From Octopus sinensis (lineage: Eukaryota), in assembly GCF_006345805.1 (NCBI RefSeq), contig NC_043022.1:620001-684000 (forward strand): a DNA stretch of 64,000 bases. The letters are read 5' to 3'. The translations under genes were made by a program, and so were the position numbers. Below the pieces are notes generated by a model. It saw only the letters and a program-made list of their open reading frames with translations. It was not told the DNA's origin and did not search any database. Below, one piece after another: positions 25,154-39,200 of the stretch. Numbering within the stretch: position 1 is the first letter of the stretch; every line of letters starts with the position of its first letter.

Positions 25154-25183
25154 TATAGTAAAGACTATATCAGAAAAACTAGC

Positions 25184-25602
25184 TTAACCCTTTGGCATTC
25201 AGCTTACCCTGACAAATGTAAACTTATTTATTCACATTGTTTTTGGATTAACCCTTTAGTATTCAGACTACTTTGTCAAATGTGATGTTTATTAATTTAC
25301 ACCATTTTGAATTAATCAAGTAGTCATCATGTACCTTCAAGATTTTGATGAAGTGATTGCTTATTTATAAAATGACATGGTAGGATAAGTGTGAGAGACC
25401 AGATTTGGCCTGTGTGAGCATAAAACAAGGTGTAACCAGTTTAAATGCTATGTTTCTTGTAGCTTTGAGATTTCCATGTGATTATTTATTTTTACACTGA
25501 CATTGTAAGGTAGGTGTGAGAGGCTAGATCAGGCAAGTTTGAACATTAAACAAGGGAGAATATGTGGACTGGATATGATAGGTTTAAAGGCTAAAGAGTT
25601 AA
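25184..25602. mobile_element. piggyBac-like MITE with a second copy nested at its internal TTAA
   Basis: Outer TTAA-CCCTTTGGCATTC..GCTAAAGAG-TTAA; inner copy from TTAA 25248-25251 to ~25450. Confidence 0.75.
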
Positions 25603-25609
25603 GTTAACT

Positions 25610-25880
25610 GTTACAAAGGCTGACTCTCCATTCTACAGTCAGAGAATTTCTCAGCACCCAACAGCTACTAAACCTTTCGGCTAACCTCAAGTGAAATCCA
25701 TACTGGAGTATTGCTCCCATATCTAGGGCAATGCTGCTGCATACAGACTGCACCCTCAAGCACATCCAAAGAAAGGCTGTTTGACTGATTAGCTTGAAGT
25801 CACTCACCAACAATATTCTGGCTCATTGTTATGATCTTTGAACATCCCTCTGATCTAAGACATTCCAGCTACAACCCTCT
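25610..25880 (+). pseudogene. Decayed LINE (CR1/L2/Jockey group) RT C-terminal fragment
   Basis: With frameshifts: QQLL..VKSILEYCSHI*G..IQRKAV*LI..LTNN, resembling the VRP.LEYCS.IW..IQRRA.RII motif. Confidence 0.6.
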
Positions 25881-26828
25881 TTCTTATCTTTGAAACTATA
25901 CTGTCTAAAGCAGTGGTCCACAACCATTTTTACCTATGGACCCCTTTGATTTCTATTTTACTCAGGTGAACCTCCATAGCCATCTGATGTTTTGAAAAAA
26001 ACCCTATTATATTTTTTAAAATGTTAAAATATTTTGTCTGTCTTTGGAATTCACTGAGGTAGATTTTCTTTTGCCAAGTGCCAAACCTCACCTGTTTCTG
26101 TGTAACCCTAACCCTAATCAGACAAGATTTTCATGGAAGATAGGAAATGAGAGAAGCTGCCTGTTATGAGTGACACTCATTTGGGGTTGTTTTTTTGTTT
26201 TGCAACTATTGCACAGCATTAAGAGGAGATATTAACACGTGACCACCCACATGTGCACACACACACACACATGATGGGCTTCCTTCATTTTTGGTTTACC
26301 AAATTTACTCACAAGACTTTCTCAGCTCAGGAATGTAGACGACACTTCTCCAAAGTGTCTTCGACAGTGGGACTAAACTTAAAACCAGGTGGTTCACAAG
26401 CAAACTTCTTAACCACTCAGCCAGCCTGCACACTTTTTTTTTTCTTTTTCTTTTAAATTGACACATGTTGAATACTGAAGTTTTTGGTGGGTTTAATCTA
26501 AGTTTCAAGAGCAAGTTGATGGTTTTATCCTGGAAGGGCAGAAGTATGGCTGTGAAGTTTGCTTCCCAACCTATATGGTTCTAAGTTTAGTCTCACCATG
26601 TGGTACCTTGGACAAGTGTCTTCTACTATAGCCCCAGGCCAATCAAAACCTTTTGAGTGCATTTGGCAGATGGAAACTGAAAGAAGCCCATCATATATAT
26701 ATATATATTTTTATTAGTATTTAGCAGAAGCAACAGAGTGACTCAAGGTCTGAGAGTTTCTTCCATTGAATATTAATAAAAATATACATATACTCACTAT
26801 TTGAGTTCTATTTTTCCTGTTTGCACCA

Positions 26829-26861
<33 letters not shown>

Positions 26862-27104
26862 TAAATATATGTGTGTGTGTGTGTTATTGTCCCCTTGCTT
26901 TGACTTCATGTGATAGTTGTAAACAAGCATCACCATCATGCAAGCTATGATTTTCATTGCCAATCTTCCATGAAAACATGTCCGGGCCATGGGGAGATAT
27001 TACAGCCATAGAGAAAAGCCTGCTTTGACATATTCTGTCCAACTTATGCGAATATTGGAAAGTGAATGCTAAAACAATGATGGGGATGATGATGAAATGT
27101 TAAC

Positions 27105-27260
27105 AAAGTGGTTGTGTGGTAAGTAGCTTGCTTCCCAACCACATGGTTCCAGGTTCAGTCCCACTACATGGCACCTTGGGCAAGTGTCTTCTACCATAGG
27201 CTTGGGTCAACCAAAGCTTTGTGAGTGGATTTGGTAGACGGAAACTGAAAGAAGCCCATC

Positions 27261-27291
<31 letters not shown>

Positions 27292-27472
27292 TATATGTGT
27301 GTCTTGACAACCGATGCTGGTGTGTTCACGTCCCTGTAACTTAGCACTTCGGCAAAAGAGACCGATAGAATAAGTACTAGGCTTACAAAGAATAAGTCCT
27401 GGGGTTGATTTGTTCGACTAAAGGCGGTGCTCCAGCATGGCCACAGTCAAATGACCAAAACAAGTAAAAGAG
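27105..27472 (+). mobile_element. Near full-length SINE family A
   Basis: Head GTGGTTGTGTGGTAAGTAG..GGTTCAGTCCC to tail CAAGTAAAAGAG. Confidence 0.9.
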
Positions 27473-27699
27473 AAGGTGAATTTAACAAAATATATATTGT
27501 CCCTCTTTCTAACCTTAGCCCCCTGAAATGCCATCTCGCACCCTCTTCCCTGTGCTGCAGTAACCCCAGTTAAGGAATCCCTGCTGTATATATATAGTTG
27601 ATTGATTGATCTGCTGCAAATAGCAGCAGAAATCTCCCTCATATCACACTCTGGTTTCTTTAAAAAAAAAATGCAGAACATACTCTGTCCACCTCTACT

Positions 27700-28060
27700 A
27701 CTACCAGAGCTTCAACCATCATTGCTGTTACCACAACCACCACCACCACCTATCAGCATTACTGCTGCTACCACCACCACTATCTCTGATTTTACTATAA
27801 CCATCAATACTACTACTTCTACTACCACCATCATTATTATCATTGCTACAGCTACTAATCATCACTACTGCTACCACTACTATTACTACAATCTCTACCG
27901 CCACCATGACCACCATCACCACCACGATTAGCATGCAACCTATATTATTATATTGCCCCCACCACCACCACCACTATTACAAACACCATACTTACCACCA
28001 CCACCACCACTACCATCATTATGGCTATAGTCCTCATCCTCCTCCTCCTCCCTGTGTTGT
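27700..28060. repeat. Trinucleotide (CAC/TAC/CAT)n low-complexity tract
   Basis: Direct reading. Confidence 0.9.
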
Positions 28061-28959
28061 GAATTTATAAACTGGAAGCATGACATCACCGGTGTTGCTT
28101 TGCCTGAATACATTCTCTCCTTCCTCGCCTCCTCCTCCTCTCTCCGATCTACAGTTTTCATTTTCTCCTTCCTCCTCCTCCTCCTACTCTCACACCATTT
28201 CCAAAGCAAAAACCTCCAAAAAGAAACAACAAAACAAAACATTTACGGAAAAACTACATTTCTATAGAAACTACAAAATATTGCACCAAAACTAAAAGAC
28301 ATATTAACCCAACTAGCTTCTCTCTCTCTCTCTCTCTCTTCATTTATCTTTATGTCTATCTCTCTCTATTTCTATCTCTCTTCCTCTCCCTCTCCATCTA
28401 CCTTTCTCTCTTGCTATTTATCTATTTTTCTGTCTATCTGTTCCCCCCCTCTCTCTCTCTCTTTATCTATATATCTATCTTTCTCTATCTGTCTCTCTAT
28501 TTCTTTCTATTTATCTATCTGTTCCTCTCTCTCTCTCTCAATTGCTTGCTCTTTCACTCTGTCTACCTGTGTATCTGTCTAATTCTTTCTCTTTCTCCCA
28601 TTCTCCCATTCTCTCTCTCTCTTTCTCCCATTCTCTCTCTCTCTCTCTCTCACTTTACCTTGATACAGATAATGAATTAATATCATTTTCTCTCATGATG
28701 ACGAAATTGATAATGACGATGCCATCTCATCATCACCATCATCATCATCATTATTATAATGACAAACGGAACCGTAGAGGTACTACTAATCATCATCGAC
28801 TGCCATGGTTGTTGGTGGAGGGAGGGGTGTGGTGACTGAAGGTGTGAATGGTGGTGGTGGTGGTGGAATAATTCAATTAGATTGATGACAGAAAGGAAAA
28901 AGAATTAAGAAGAAAAATATCAAAGAAAACAAAAAAAAGCAAAAATAAAAACATCAATC

Positions 28960-29990
28960 CTTTCTACTATAGTAATAAGGCCTGAATTTTTTTTTTTTTT
29001 TCTGTGTGGGAGGTGGGGTCTAGCCAATTACATCGACCCCCAGTGCTTGACTGGTTCTTTGGTTCTTGTTTTATCAACCCTGAAAGGATACCTTGGTGGG
29101 ATTTGAACTCAGAATGCCAAGTTTGAAAAAATGCTGCTTAGCATTTCGTCTGGCATGCTGATGATTCTGCCTGCTCACCTCTTTAAAAATAAACCCTTTC
29201 TACCATAGGCACAAGGCTTGAAATTTGGCCGGAGGGAACTGGTCGATTTCATCAACCCCCCAGTGCTTCACTGGTACTTAATTTATCGACCCTGAAAGGG
29301 TGGAAGGCAAAGTTTTTACTCAGCATGCAAACAATTCTGCTAGCTCACCACAATAATAATAATAATAATAATAATAACAATGGTTTCCAATTTTGAACTC
29401 AGAAAATATATATGGACCAACTGCTGCTAACCACTTTGCCCAACCTGCTAACAATTCTACTGGGTCAGTCATTTTGTGGAGAGGATGAGTCAATTACATC
29501 AACCCCAGTCTTCAACTGGTACTTATTTTGTCGACCCTGAAAGGGTGAAAAGATAAAGTCGACCTCGGCAGAATTTGAACTCAGGACATACAGACACATG
29601 AAAGTTCTGCCAGCTTGCCATCATCAACATCAATAATAGTAATAAAGCTTCGCCTTTCATCCAAAAGGCTGAAAGGCAAAGTAAACCTTTGTGGAATTTG
29701 AACTCAGAACATAGGAACAGACAAAATGACGCTAAGCATTTCATCCAGCATGCTAACAATTCTGCCAGCTCTAATAATAATAATTCTTTCTACTAAAGGC
29801 GCAAGGCCTGAAATTTTGGAGGAGAGGACTAGTCGATTGCATTGACCCCAGTATTTCTCTGGTACTTAAACTGAAAGGATGAGAGGCAAAGTTGATCTTG
29901 GTGGAATATGAACCCGGAACATAGCAACTGATGAAATGCCGCTAAGCATTTCACCCGGTCTGCTAATGATTCTGCCAGCTCAACAATAAT
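28960..29990 (-). mobile_element. Cluster of 5-6 SINE family G copies
   Basis: Repeated TTTATCGACCCTGAAAGG..GGAATTTGAACTCAG units separated by (AAT)n tails. Confidence 0.8.
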
Positions 29991-31034
29991 CCTAAACCTG
30001 ATAATCGAAAAATAGGAACCCACCTTGATACCATTGCACCTTCTCTCCCTTTACATAAAAAAGTTATATCAGTCTTACCTCCTGTTTGCATAAAAATGGA
30101 CCCATTCCATCCCCTTAACTTTATATAAATCCTCATCAATGTAATTCTTCTCCTGTATTGGTGTAAAAATGGTACCATCCCATATTTCCTTCCTACATAT
30201 AGATAAGTCTGTTTCCCCCTTTTTACATTGACATTTCTGTGATACACGATCCCTATTGATCGTCCCCCAACTTTTTTTTCATGATCCCATTTGATCAGTA
30301 TTCAACCCACTTTTTCTTTTCTTTTTTTCTTTTTTCCTTCTCTTCTTCCCCAAAAGAAAAGCTCTACTTTGTATTTTGTCCCTTCTGTGTTCAGCCCTGT
30401 GTGGCCAATAAAGAAATATATAAATAACAGTAAAGTTAATGGAATAGACCATATCTACTTCTTCTTACCTCTTTATGAACCCCTTGTCTTTGATCAAGGT
30501 AAATTCCAGAAAGCCCTTACTATTTTAGACGTTTGATATTTTTGTCTTAGTCTTTGGCCAGGCATTGGTCTCTGATGCAATCAATGGCGTTTAACCTCTA
30601 TAGAATACTTTACACATATACACATGCATATAAGCACACACACACACACACTACAGATTTACACTTGTACACCATACACGCACATACATGCCATGAACAC
30701 ATATATTCCATACATGACTACAGTTGGTGTCAATATATCTGTTGGTCTAACTCATTATGTACTAAATTTATCTTTCTGTCTGTCTGTCTGTCGACCTATC
30801 TATTCTATCTTCCGGTCTATCTGTTCTATCTATTTATTCTGTCTATCCAACTGTCTGTTTGTCTGCCTATCTATCCTATCTATTTGTCTATCTGTCTATC
30901 AGTGACCCTGTGAGTCTGCCTGTCTGTCTGTTTATATCCATCCATCCAATTCTATTCTATTTATCTATCTGTCTATCTATCCACCTGCCTTAAACCACAC
31001 AACTATGTTTGTGTCTGTACATACATATATATAC

Positions 31035-31068
<34 letters not shown>

Positions 31069-31223
31069 TTGTGCCTCTATTTATGTATATTTGTGCCGCT
31101 GCATAGATGTATATTTATGTATATATATGTCAATATGTGTATGCATATAAAAACACACACACACTCAAAGGAAGCGTGTTATAATAAAGTAAGGCAAGTA
31201 ATTCCTTGGGCTTAACTCAAATG

Positions 31224-31306
31224 GTTAACTCTTGACATTAGAAGACTTACTGCACACACTTTTACTTGTCACGAGATATCTCGTGATCAAGGCTTAAAGG
31301 GTTTTA
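31224..31306. mobile_element. piggyBac-like relic with an 18-bp perfect palindrome
   Basis: TTAA-CTCTT..AAGGG ends; TCACGAGATATCTCGTGA at 31269-31286. Confidence 0.45.
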
Positions 31307-31336
31307 AAATACTCCATATTCTCTCACTCATCCTCC

Positions 31337-31381
<45 letters not shown>

Positions 31382-31728
31382 CTCTCTATCTATCTATCTA
31401 TCTATCTATCTGCCTATTTGTCTTGCATATTTAATCTATATTGTTTCCAATTTAGATGCAAGGTTAGCAATTTTGAAGGGAGTAGAAGGGTACTTATTTT
31501 ATCAACCCCTGGAAGGAAGAAGCGTAAAGTTGGTCTTGGCAGGATTATTCTTTCATTTGTTTCTGTCATTTGACTGTGGCCATGCTGGAACACTGTGTAG
31601 ACTTGGAATGTAAAAAGCTGGAGCTAATACCCCAAAGCTGTAAGAATGCTGCCAATAGTTTCAAAAGAAAGGCAATAAAGGGAAAACTGCCCCCTTCCTT
31701 TTCCAGTATTTAACAGATAGGGTTAGGT

Positions 31729-31982
31729 CAGTGGTTCTTGACTGGGGTCGGTGTGACCCTTGGAGGGCCATATAAGATTTTGTTAAAATTTATGAGTAAT
31801 GAATTGGTTTATGCTTCTATGTTACACAAAAGATTTTAACAATTCTTTTTATAAAATTCCTAATAATATTTAATTATAAAAATGTAATAGGATATTCTAA
31901 ATCTCAGGTGACTGTGAGGGTCCAGTAGACTAAAACAGGAGTCAAAGGGGTCCTTAGGGGGAAAAGTGATTGAGAAGTACTG
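31729..31982. mobile_element. hAT-like MITE
   Basis: CAGTGGTTCTTGAC / GATTGAGAAGTACTG ends; homologous to 8528-9038; TSD not clear. Confidence 0.65.
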
Positions 31983-32984
31983 ACCAGGTGGTTAATTGGC
32001 AGAATTATTGGACATCAGAGAAAATTCCGTGAGGTTCATTTCCTTCTGAGTTCAAATCCTACTGAGGTCTATTTTGCTTTTTTTTTTCTTCCAGTGTCAA
32101 ATCAATATATTGACCTGATCCACAGTGATGGATTTGTGCAATTGTTAGGGTATTAGGTAAAATACTTTATGGCATTTGTTCTTTGCTTTCTGTGTCCCCT
32201 AAATCAGTGGTATTCAACCATTTTTGTACTTATTGATCCCTTTCATTTCTATTTTACGTAGATGGACCCTTATAGCCATTCAGTGTTTAAAAAATTCTTA
32301 AAGTGATTTAAATTAAGACCCTCTTGTGTTAATTTATGTTCCTAATGCCAGCTTAATAATGAGGAAGTTATTTCACTAAATTCTTCATTATTTTGGTAAC
32401 CTTGATTCTCATTCCACCAACTAAATCGGGGGTATTCAACTATTTTTTTTACCTATGGGTCCCTTTCGTTTCTATTTTACATGACATAAATGGATCCTCA
32501 GTCATTCAATGTTTAAAAAATTCTCTTATTATATTTTTATGATTAAATATTATTATGAATTGTGAAAAAAAAATATTTTGCATATTATAGTTGTATAACC
32601 TATTTATTATACATAAATTCCTTCCAAACGTCTTGTTCAAATTTCTCCATTTCCTGTCTGTTCGTGTTCTTTGTAAATGCCGTTAGTTTGGGTTTCTAAT
32701 TGTGTAATCTTATATATCCTTGTATAATATATTACACATCCTTGTGTTCTGTATTATATGACTGGCACTCCGTCGGTTACGACGACCGAGTGTTCAAGTT
32801 GATCCGATTAACGTGCAAGTGGCTGAGCACTCCACAGACACATGGAAAAGAGACTGGCTTCCAGTGATGCAACAGGTTGAAGCCATGTTCCCGTACTAAA
32901 AGAAAAAATGGCCATTTTATCTCTAACAGGTTGGTTTTATTGCAGGGTGGTATGTAAGACAAGGTATTGAGTGAGCTTTATGGT

Positions 32985-33371
32985 ATAGGAGCACTCCGTT
33001 GGTTACGACGACGAGGGTCCCAGCTGATATGATCAACAGAACAGCCTGCTCATGAAATTAATGTGCAAGTGGCTGAGCACTCCACAGACACGTGTACTCT
33101 TAATGTAGTTCTTGGGGAGATTCAGCGTGACACAGGATGTGACAAGGCTGGTCCCTTTGAAATACGGGTACAACAGAAACAGGAAGAAAGAGTGAGAGAA
33201 AGTTGTGGTGAAAGAGTACAGCAGGGTTCACCACCACCCACTGCCAGAGCCTCGTGGCACCTATTAGGTGTTTTCACTCAATAAACACTCACAACACCCA
33301 GTCTGGGAATCGAAACCACAGTTTTAAAACCACGAGTCCGCTGCCCTAACCACTGGGCCATTGCGCCTCCA
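32985..33371 (-). mobile_element. SINE family D, near full-length
   Basis: Minus strand head TGGAGGCGCAATGGCCCAGTGGTTAGGG..GTTTCGATTCCC; partial duplicate of its 3' end at ~32760-32830. Confidence 0.85.
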
Positions 33372-33789
33372 CTATATTATATACCTCTCATCTATACATA
33401 TTGCCCCTCAATACACTAGAGGCTTTTTAAGTTCAATTCTGACTTAGGTTAGTTGTGTCATTCATTCCTCCAGATGTTGAAATACCAAAATACCAGTTAT
33501 ATTCTGTGCTTCATTTCAACCAACCTTACTGACCTATTCTTTAGGATTGAAGAAATTTTTCCACCTTGAGATAAATCATTATTTTGTTTGTTGTTTGTGT
33601 GTTGATGTTATCGTTGTGTGTATACGTAAGATGTTGTTTAACCCAAGAAAGACATTCCAGCTGTGACCTTTCTGTTTTTTACTGAAACATGTATGTTCTA
33701 TAAAGCAATGACTATCATACCTGCTCTCTGTATGCTATGAATTTATGTATGCTCTGTGTGTGTTTGTGTGTGTGAGAGAGAGAGAGAGG

Positions 33790-33930
33790 ACATTGGCTTA
33801 ACTGGTTGAAACTTCAAAGTCGCTGTCAGCAATATTCTTGTTTAGGAATAATTATTTTGTACTCTACAGAAGTATTGAGTAACCCCCTCATATTAAAGTG
33901 AAATTGTTTTTATTATAACTAAACATAAAC
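33790..33930 (+). mobile_element. HHR repeat family K, decayed
   Basis: GGCTTAACTGGTT-GAAAC-TTCAAA-GTC-GCTGTC, homologous to 17161. Confidence 0.55.
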
Positions 33931-35747
33931 ACAAGCATCTGTTTTTCTAATATTTCTTTTTCTCCGTTTCTCTTTCAAACTCTGCTGCCATCTCTTGGAC
34001 TTGTAGCATACGAAGTGTAATGCACAAGCATTTACTCAAGAATGGGATAGTGACATTTGAACACATCTTTGACCAAAGAATCGGTAAGTTGAAACATTGC
34101 CTTTTCTTGTTTTGTTTTCAGGTTTTTTATTTTGTCCCTTCTAGTGCCAAACTTTATACAGTACAGTTTGGGTTGTGTACCAATACACACACTCTCCTCC
34201 TCTACCCCTCCTCCTTTCTGTTTCCACCCCATGCACACATGCAACAATTCAAACATGCTTGCATGCATATATTCACTCTCATGTTGACACTTGGAGACAA
34301 GCTTAGCTCCTTTGATACCAGCCTGCCTCTGACTTCATGATACAAATTTGTTATTTTAAAGTGATCTATATTAAAACCTTGAATCAAAATTTCATGTTAA
34401 TTTATATTCCAAACACCATCTTCATAAATGACAAGGTTGTTCTACTAAATTCTTCATCATTTTTCAAAATTAATTGAAAGAAAAGCATTGTATTTCAACA
34501 GGAATATGTTTACAAAAGGCTTAAAGTGATCTAAATGAAAATCTTCCTTCAAAATTTTAGGTTCCAAGCACCAGCTTAATAACGACAGTTATTTTTCCTA
34601 AATTCTTCATTATTTTTAAAATTAATTTAAAACAAAATCTCTTAATAATTAGGAAAAGAAAGTTGACTTTATGGAAAATGTAAATTATATTGGAAAAAAG
34701 AAAAATTATGTAAATGAATAGATAATAATAATAATTGGGTAAATTAATAAGTAATGATAATTAATAAGTAATAATAATAATTGTGTAAATTAATAAGTAA
34801 CGATAATTAATAGGTAATCATCATCATCATCATTCTATTTTCAATTTTAACTTGACAAAAACCTGCTCCTTTATTTATATTATCATTTATTAACTTCAGT
34901 AATATTTTTATTACATTTCGTGTTTCGTTAAATTCCAAGGTAACCCTTTTGTTAATATGATAATAATAATTAAGTAAATTGATATTTGATAATAATTAAT
35001 GGATAATAATAATAATTGTGTGAATAATTAGTTAAAGGAATATTATTCAATTTCTTGAAGAAATGGCAAGTAGTCACCCTAAGTGGGAAATAGCTGAAAA
35101 TGCTATAATTAATTGAGGATCAGATTGACAGCTTGGATTCTTCCTAGAATAGATTTCATAAAGACTGGTGTAATAATAATGATATTGATTTCAAATGCTG
35201 GGGAGGGGAAAGTTGATTAAATTGACCCCCAATGCTCAACTGGGACTTACTTTATTTTATCGACCCTGGAAGAATGAAAGGCTAAGTTGACCTTGGCAAG
35301 ATTTGAACTTGGAATGTAAAGATGGTTGAAATGTAATAATGGTAATATTATTGAAGTTAATAGGTGATAATATAAATAAATGTGCTGGGTTTTGTGAGGT
35401 TCAAATTGAAAATGAGATTATTTACCTTATTTGTATGTAAATAGGAGGTAATCAGAAGTGGGATGGAAAAGGATAAAAAAAAGTATAAAGCTCTTTCTTG
35501 AGTTATACAGACTCCCAAGGCTGGTTTTGTTGGATTCTCTGATGGAAATATTCCCCCCTGGATATGGCACCAGTCCGTCACAGGGTTATTCATTTTTGCC
35601 AGCTGAGTGGAGTGGACCAACATGAAATGAAGTGTTTTGCTCAAGAACACAAATGCAGTCCAGGAATTGAAACCACAACCTTACGATTATGAGTCCAACA
35701 CCTTAACCCCTAAGCCATGCACTTCTACCAGTGGAATGGAGCTCTTC

Positions 35748-35988
35748 TTAACCCTTTAGCATTCAAATTTCTTTGTCAAATGTAATGCTTTTTTATCCAC
35801 ATTATTTTTAGAATGACATTGTAGGATAGGTGTGACAGACCAGATCTGTTGAGATGTCAATGATGTGATTGCTTGTTTTTAGAATGACATTGTAGGTTAG
35901 GTGTGAGAGACCAGATCTGGCCAGTTTGAACATTAAACGGGTGGAATATTTTGACTGGATAGGGCCGGTTTAAATGCTAAGAGGTTAA
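35748..35988. mobile_element. piggyBac-like MITE
   Basis: TTAA-CCCTTTAGCATT..AATGCTAAGAGG-TTAA. Confidence 0.85.
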
Positions 35989-36002
35989 TTTAATGAATAA
36001 GG

Positions 36003-36295
36003 TTTGTTCCTTCTCGAGCCATGCCTGGATCATAAGGGCCAGTTTCCTTGGCTTATAGGTTCCCCACCTGGACGAGACGCCAGTCCGTCGCAGGTGAGCT
36101 GCAAGATGCAGGAGGAAAGAGTGAGAGAAAGTTGTGGCGAAAGAGTCAACAGAGGTTCGCCATTACCTTCTGCCGGAACCGCATGGAGCTTAGGTGTTTC
36201 ACTCGTAAACACACACATCTCCTGGTCTGAGATTCGAACCCGCGATCCCTCGACTGCAAGTCCGCTGTTCTAACCACTAGGCCATGTGCCTCTAC
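36003..36295 (-). mobile_element. tRNA-derived SINE related to family D
   Basis: Minus strand GGGTTCGAATCTC B box; shares GGAAAGAGTGAGAGAAAGTTGTGG with ~33180-33210. Confidence 0.8.
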
Positions 36296-39200
36296 TAATG
36301 AATAAGATAGTGTATTTCAATGGACATACAATAACAAAAGAGTTAAACAAATATAAATACACGCTCGGCTACAGACTTGCTTGCAAAAATGCATTTGTGT
36401 GCATGTGCACACACAAAGTACAGTATCATAGAGCCAAGCCATTGTTAATTGTTTTATGTAGTCACAAGTGAACATGGATTCCCTCTTGAGCGTCCCCGTC
36501 CCCTGCTTTGCTCTTGATTTGGTAACACATCTGAGATGCGAGAGCCAGAGGGAAGGGGGACTGCACCAGCAACTTGGTCGGTTCTCTGTTGCTGTTGAAT
36601 AGAGAGGAGCAACATGAAAAGAAAGGCCTTGCTCAAGGACAAAATGTACTGCTTGGTTCGGGAATTGAACCTATATCATTTATAATCAAATAGGAAACAC
36701 TCTAACCTCTATGCCACATACCTTCACTGCACACCTTTATAATTATGGACAGGGACACACACACACACTCTTTCTCTCTCTCTTATTCAGCTGCATATTT
36801 CAGGTTTATTTACTTTCTTTTTTTTTCTTTCCTAAATTGATAAAACTGAGGTGTCTTCTTCTATAATCTTTCTGAAATCCAAGGTATCATTATTCTCTAG
36901 TATGCAAGTCACCTTCATATATACTGCCAACATCCAGTGTAACCATCATTCAACCATCATCACTACCTTCCCAAATTTTGCTGCATTTCACATGGAATTT
37001 TTCCTCCTCCAAACTCCTCTGACTTCTTTTCACTGAAAATGTTAGTCTGAAAAGTTAGACTTGTATCCTGGAAAATGTTGTGAAAGAATCAAATTGAAAA
37101 ATGGGTGGGGGTTTTCCCTTTTTTTGTGTATTTTTTTTCTGCATTTTTTTGAGGAATGATCATAAAATTCTAATTTGAATGTTTAAAAAAAAAATTTTTT
37201 TTAATGAATTTTTTTTTATAAATTGAATTTCAAATTGAATTTTATATTTTTTTTGTCTCTAACCTCCCCTCCTCTTCCTTTCATCAATTCATTACTTTGA
37301 AATGAATTGTTGCAAAAGAAATTATTTTTTTTAAAAAGTGTTATTTCTAATTAATTCATATAAGATTTGTGCATAAAATAAATATACACACACACACACA
37401 GAAGTATAACAAGTAATGAGATAACATCGGTGCAGTCACTGTCTCTTAGAAATAGCAGCCAGTCTTCCCTCAAATCGCACTTTACCTCCTTAAAAACGGA
37501 CCATCTCTTTGGTTAATGTAGTTTTAAATAAACTTTGTCAGAAAAACGAAGAGAGTGAATGGTGTGTGGAGTCAATCTGCTCAAAATAGCACCCAGCTCT
37601 CAAATCACACCCTACTCTCTTTAAAAAGGACTGTCACTTTGGATAATGTAATCCATGATAAACCATGCCAGAAAATGAAGAGAGGGGAGGGTCATGGCTG
37701 AAGCTCTTTTGATTATAGGTCTGAAAGCAGCAACAGTTGTTATATTAATGCTAGTGAAACATTCTACTCCAGTTCGTGTGTGCCTTAATTAAATGTATCT
37801 GAGCTAAAATTCCTTCAACACGAAGCCTTTAGTACAAAAACTAACTTGGATGACTTTTTCCATGCAAATTCAATAACCCTTTAGTGTTTAACCCTTCTAT
37901 ATCCACCCCAAATGTTCTGCCTGTTTCATATTCAAACTAGCCAGATCCTGCCTCTCACACCTATGCTACAGTGTCTCTCTAAACTAAACAATCGCATCAT
38001 TGAAATCTCAAAGCTAAAGGGATAATAGAAAACAATGTGAATAAAAAAAAGTGTTACATTTGGCAGAGAAGTTTGAATTAAAAAGGTAAATCATATTCAC
38101 TCATAAGGGCCGATTTCCTGGTTTCCCCACCTAGACAGGATGCCAGTCTGTTGCCAGATTACTCATTGTCGCCCAGTCCAGGAATTGAAACCACAATCTT
38201 ACGATCATGAGTCCAACATCCCTAACCACTTAGCCATGCACCTCCATTAGTAGTCTAAATGCTAAAGTGTGAAACTACTTGACACCCTGCACCCTGTTTT
38301 TTTTTGGGGGGGGGCGGGGGTCTTACTGCATGGCATCTTGAGCCAGTGCCTTCTATTAAAGTCCCAGGCCAACCAAAGCTTGTGAATGGATTTGGTAGAT
38401 GGAAACTGAAAGAAGCCCATCATATGTGTGTGTGTGTGTCCGTATCCTTGTCTTGACATTGTGAGACAGTTGTAAGTGAATGTCCCCGTTATACAAGCAG
38501 TGTCACTCAATTCCAATAATCTGCAAGAACATGTCTAGCCATGGAAAAAAAATTACCTTACTCGGAAAAAGGTGAGAGTTGGCAACGGGAAGAGCATCAT
38601 CCATAGAAAATCTGCCTCAAATAAACTTTGCCGTGCAAACACAGAAAGCCGGATGTTAAATGATGATGATGATGATATGCATTGAATTGTGCACATAAAA
38701 TGCTCTGCTAATTTCTTTCATGTGGTGGCTCCATTCTTATATATGGCAACTACTGTTGCTTTATCAAGTGTCCAGTGTTTATATTATAGCTAGAAGTCTT
38801 TTTAGTGGTCAGATTCCTTTCATATATTGACTAACTTCATTTCATATTGCCGCTAACTTTCTACTGTATAATGGCCATTGTTATTTTATATGTCGTGGCT
38901 TTCTTTGGCATAAACTTAAAATTTTGTGTGGCTAGACGATTTGGAGAGACTGTTTTTGCTGTTATGGTTGTTGTTGGTTTTTTTTTTAGTGGTTGTTCAA
39001 AGACAATGGAAGTTCTTTGCTGGCTTTTGCTTCTGTATCTCATTAGTGTTTCTGAATTAATCAACACGGCATCCAAGGTTGTTATCTTCATTCAGACAAT
39101 TGCAGACTGGACATTAAATCTAATCGTTAGAAAATATAGCCAAGCACGTGCACACACACACAAGCATACGTCTATCTGTGTGTATATATATATGTGTGTA

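Noticed and set aside
26104-26117. (AACCCT)2 telomere-like repeat
   Set aside because: Only two units; expected by chance
28960-29990. Regularly recurring repeats resembling a CRISPR array
   Set aside because: Long diverged SINE units in a eukaryotic context; no constant spacer length and no cas genes
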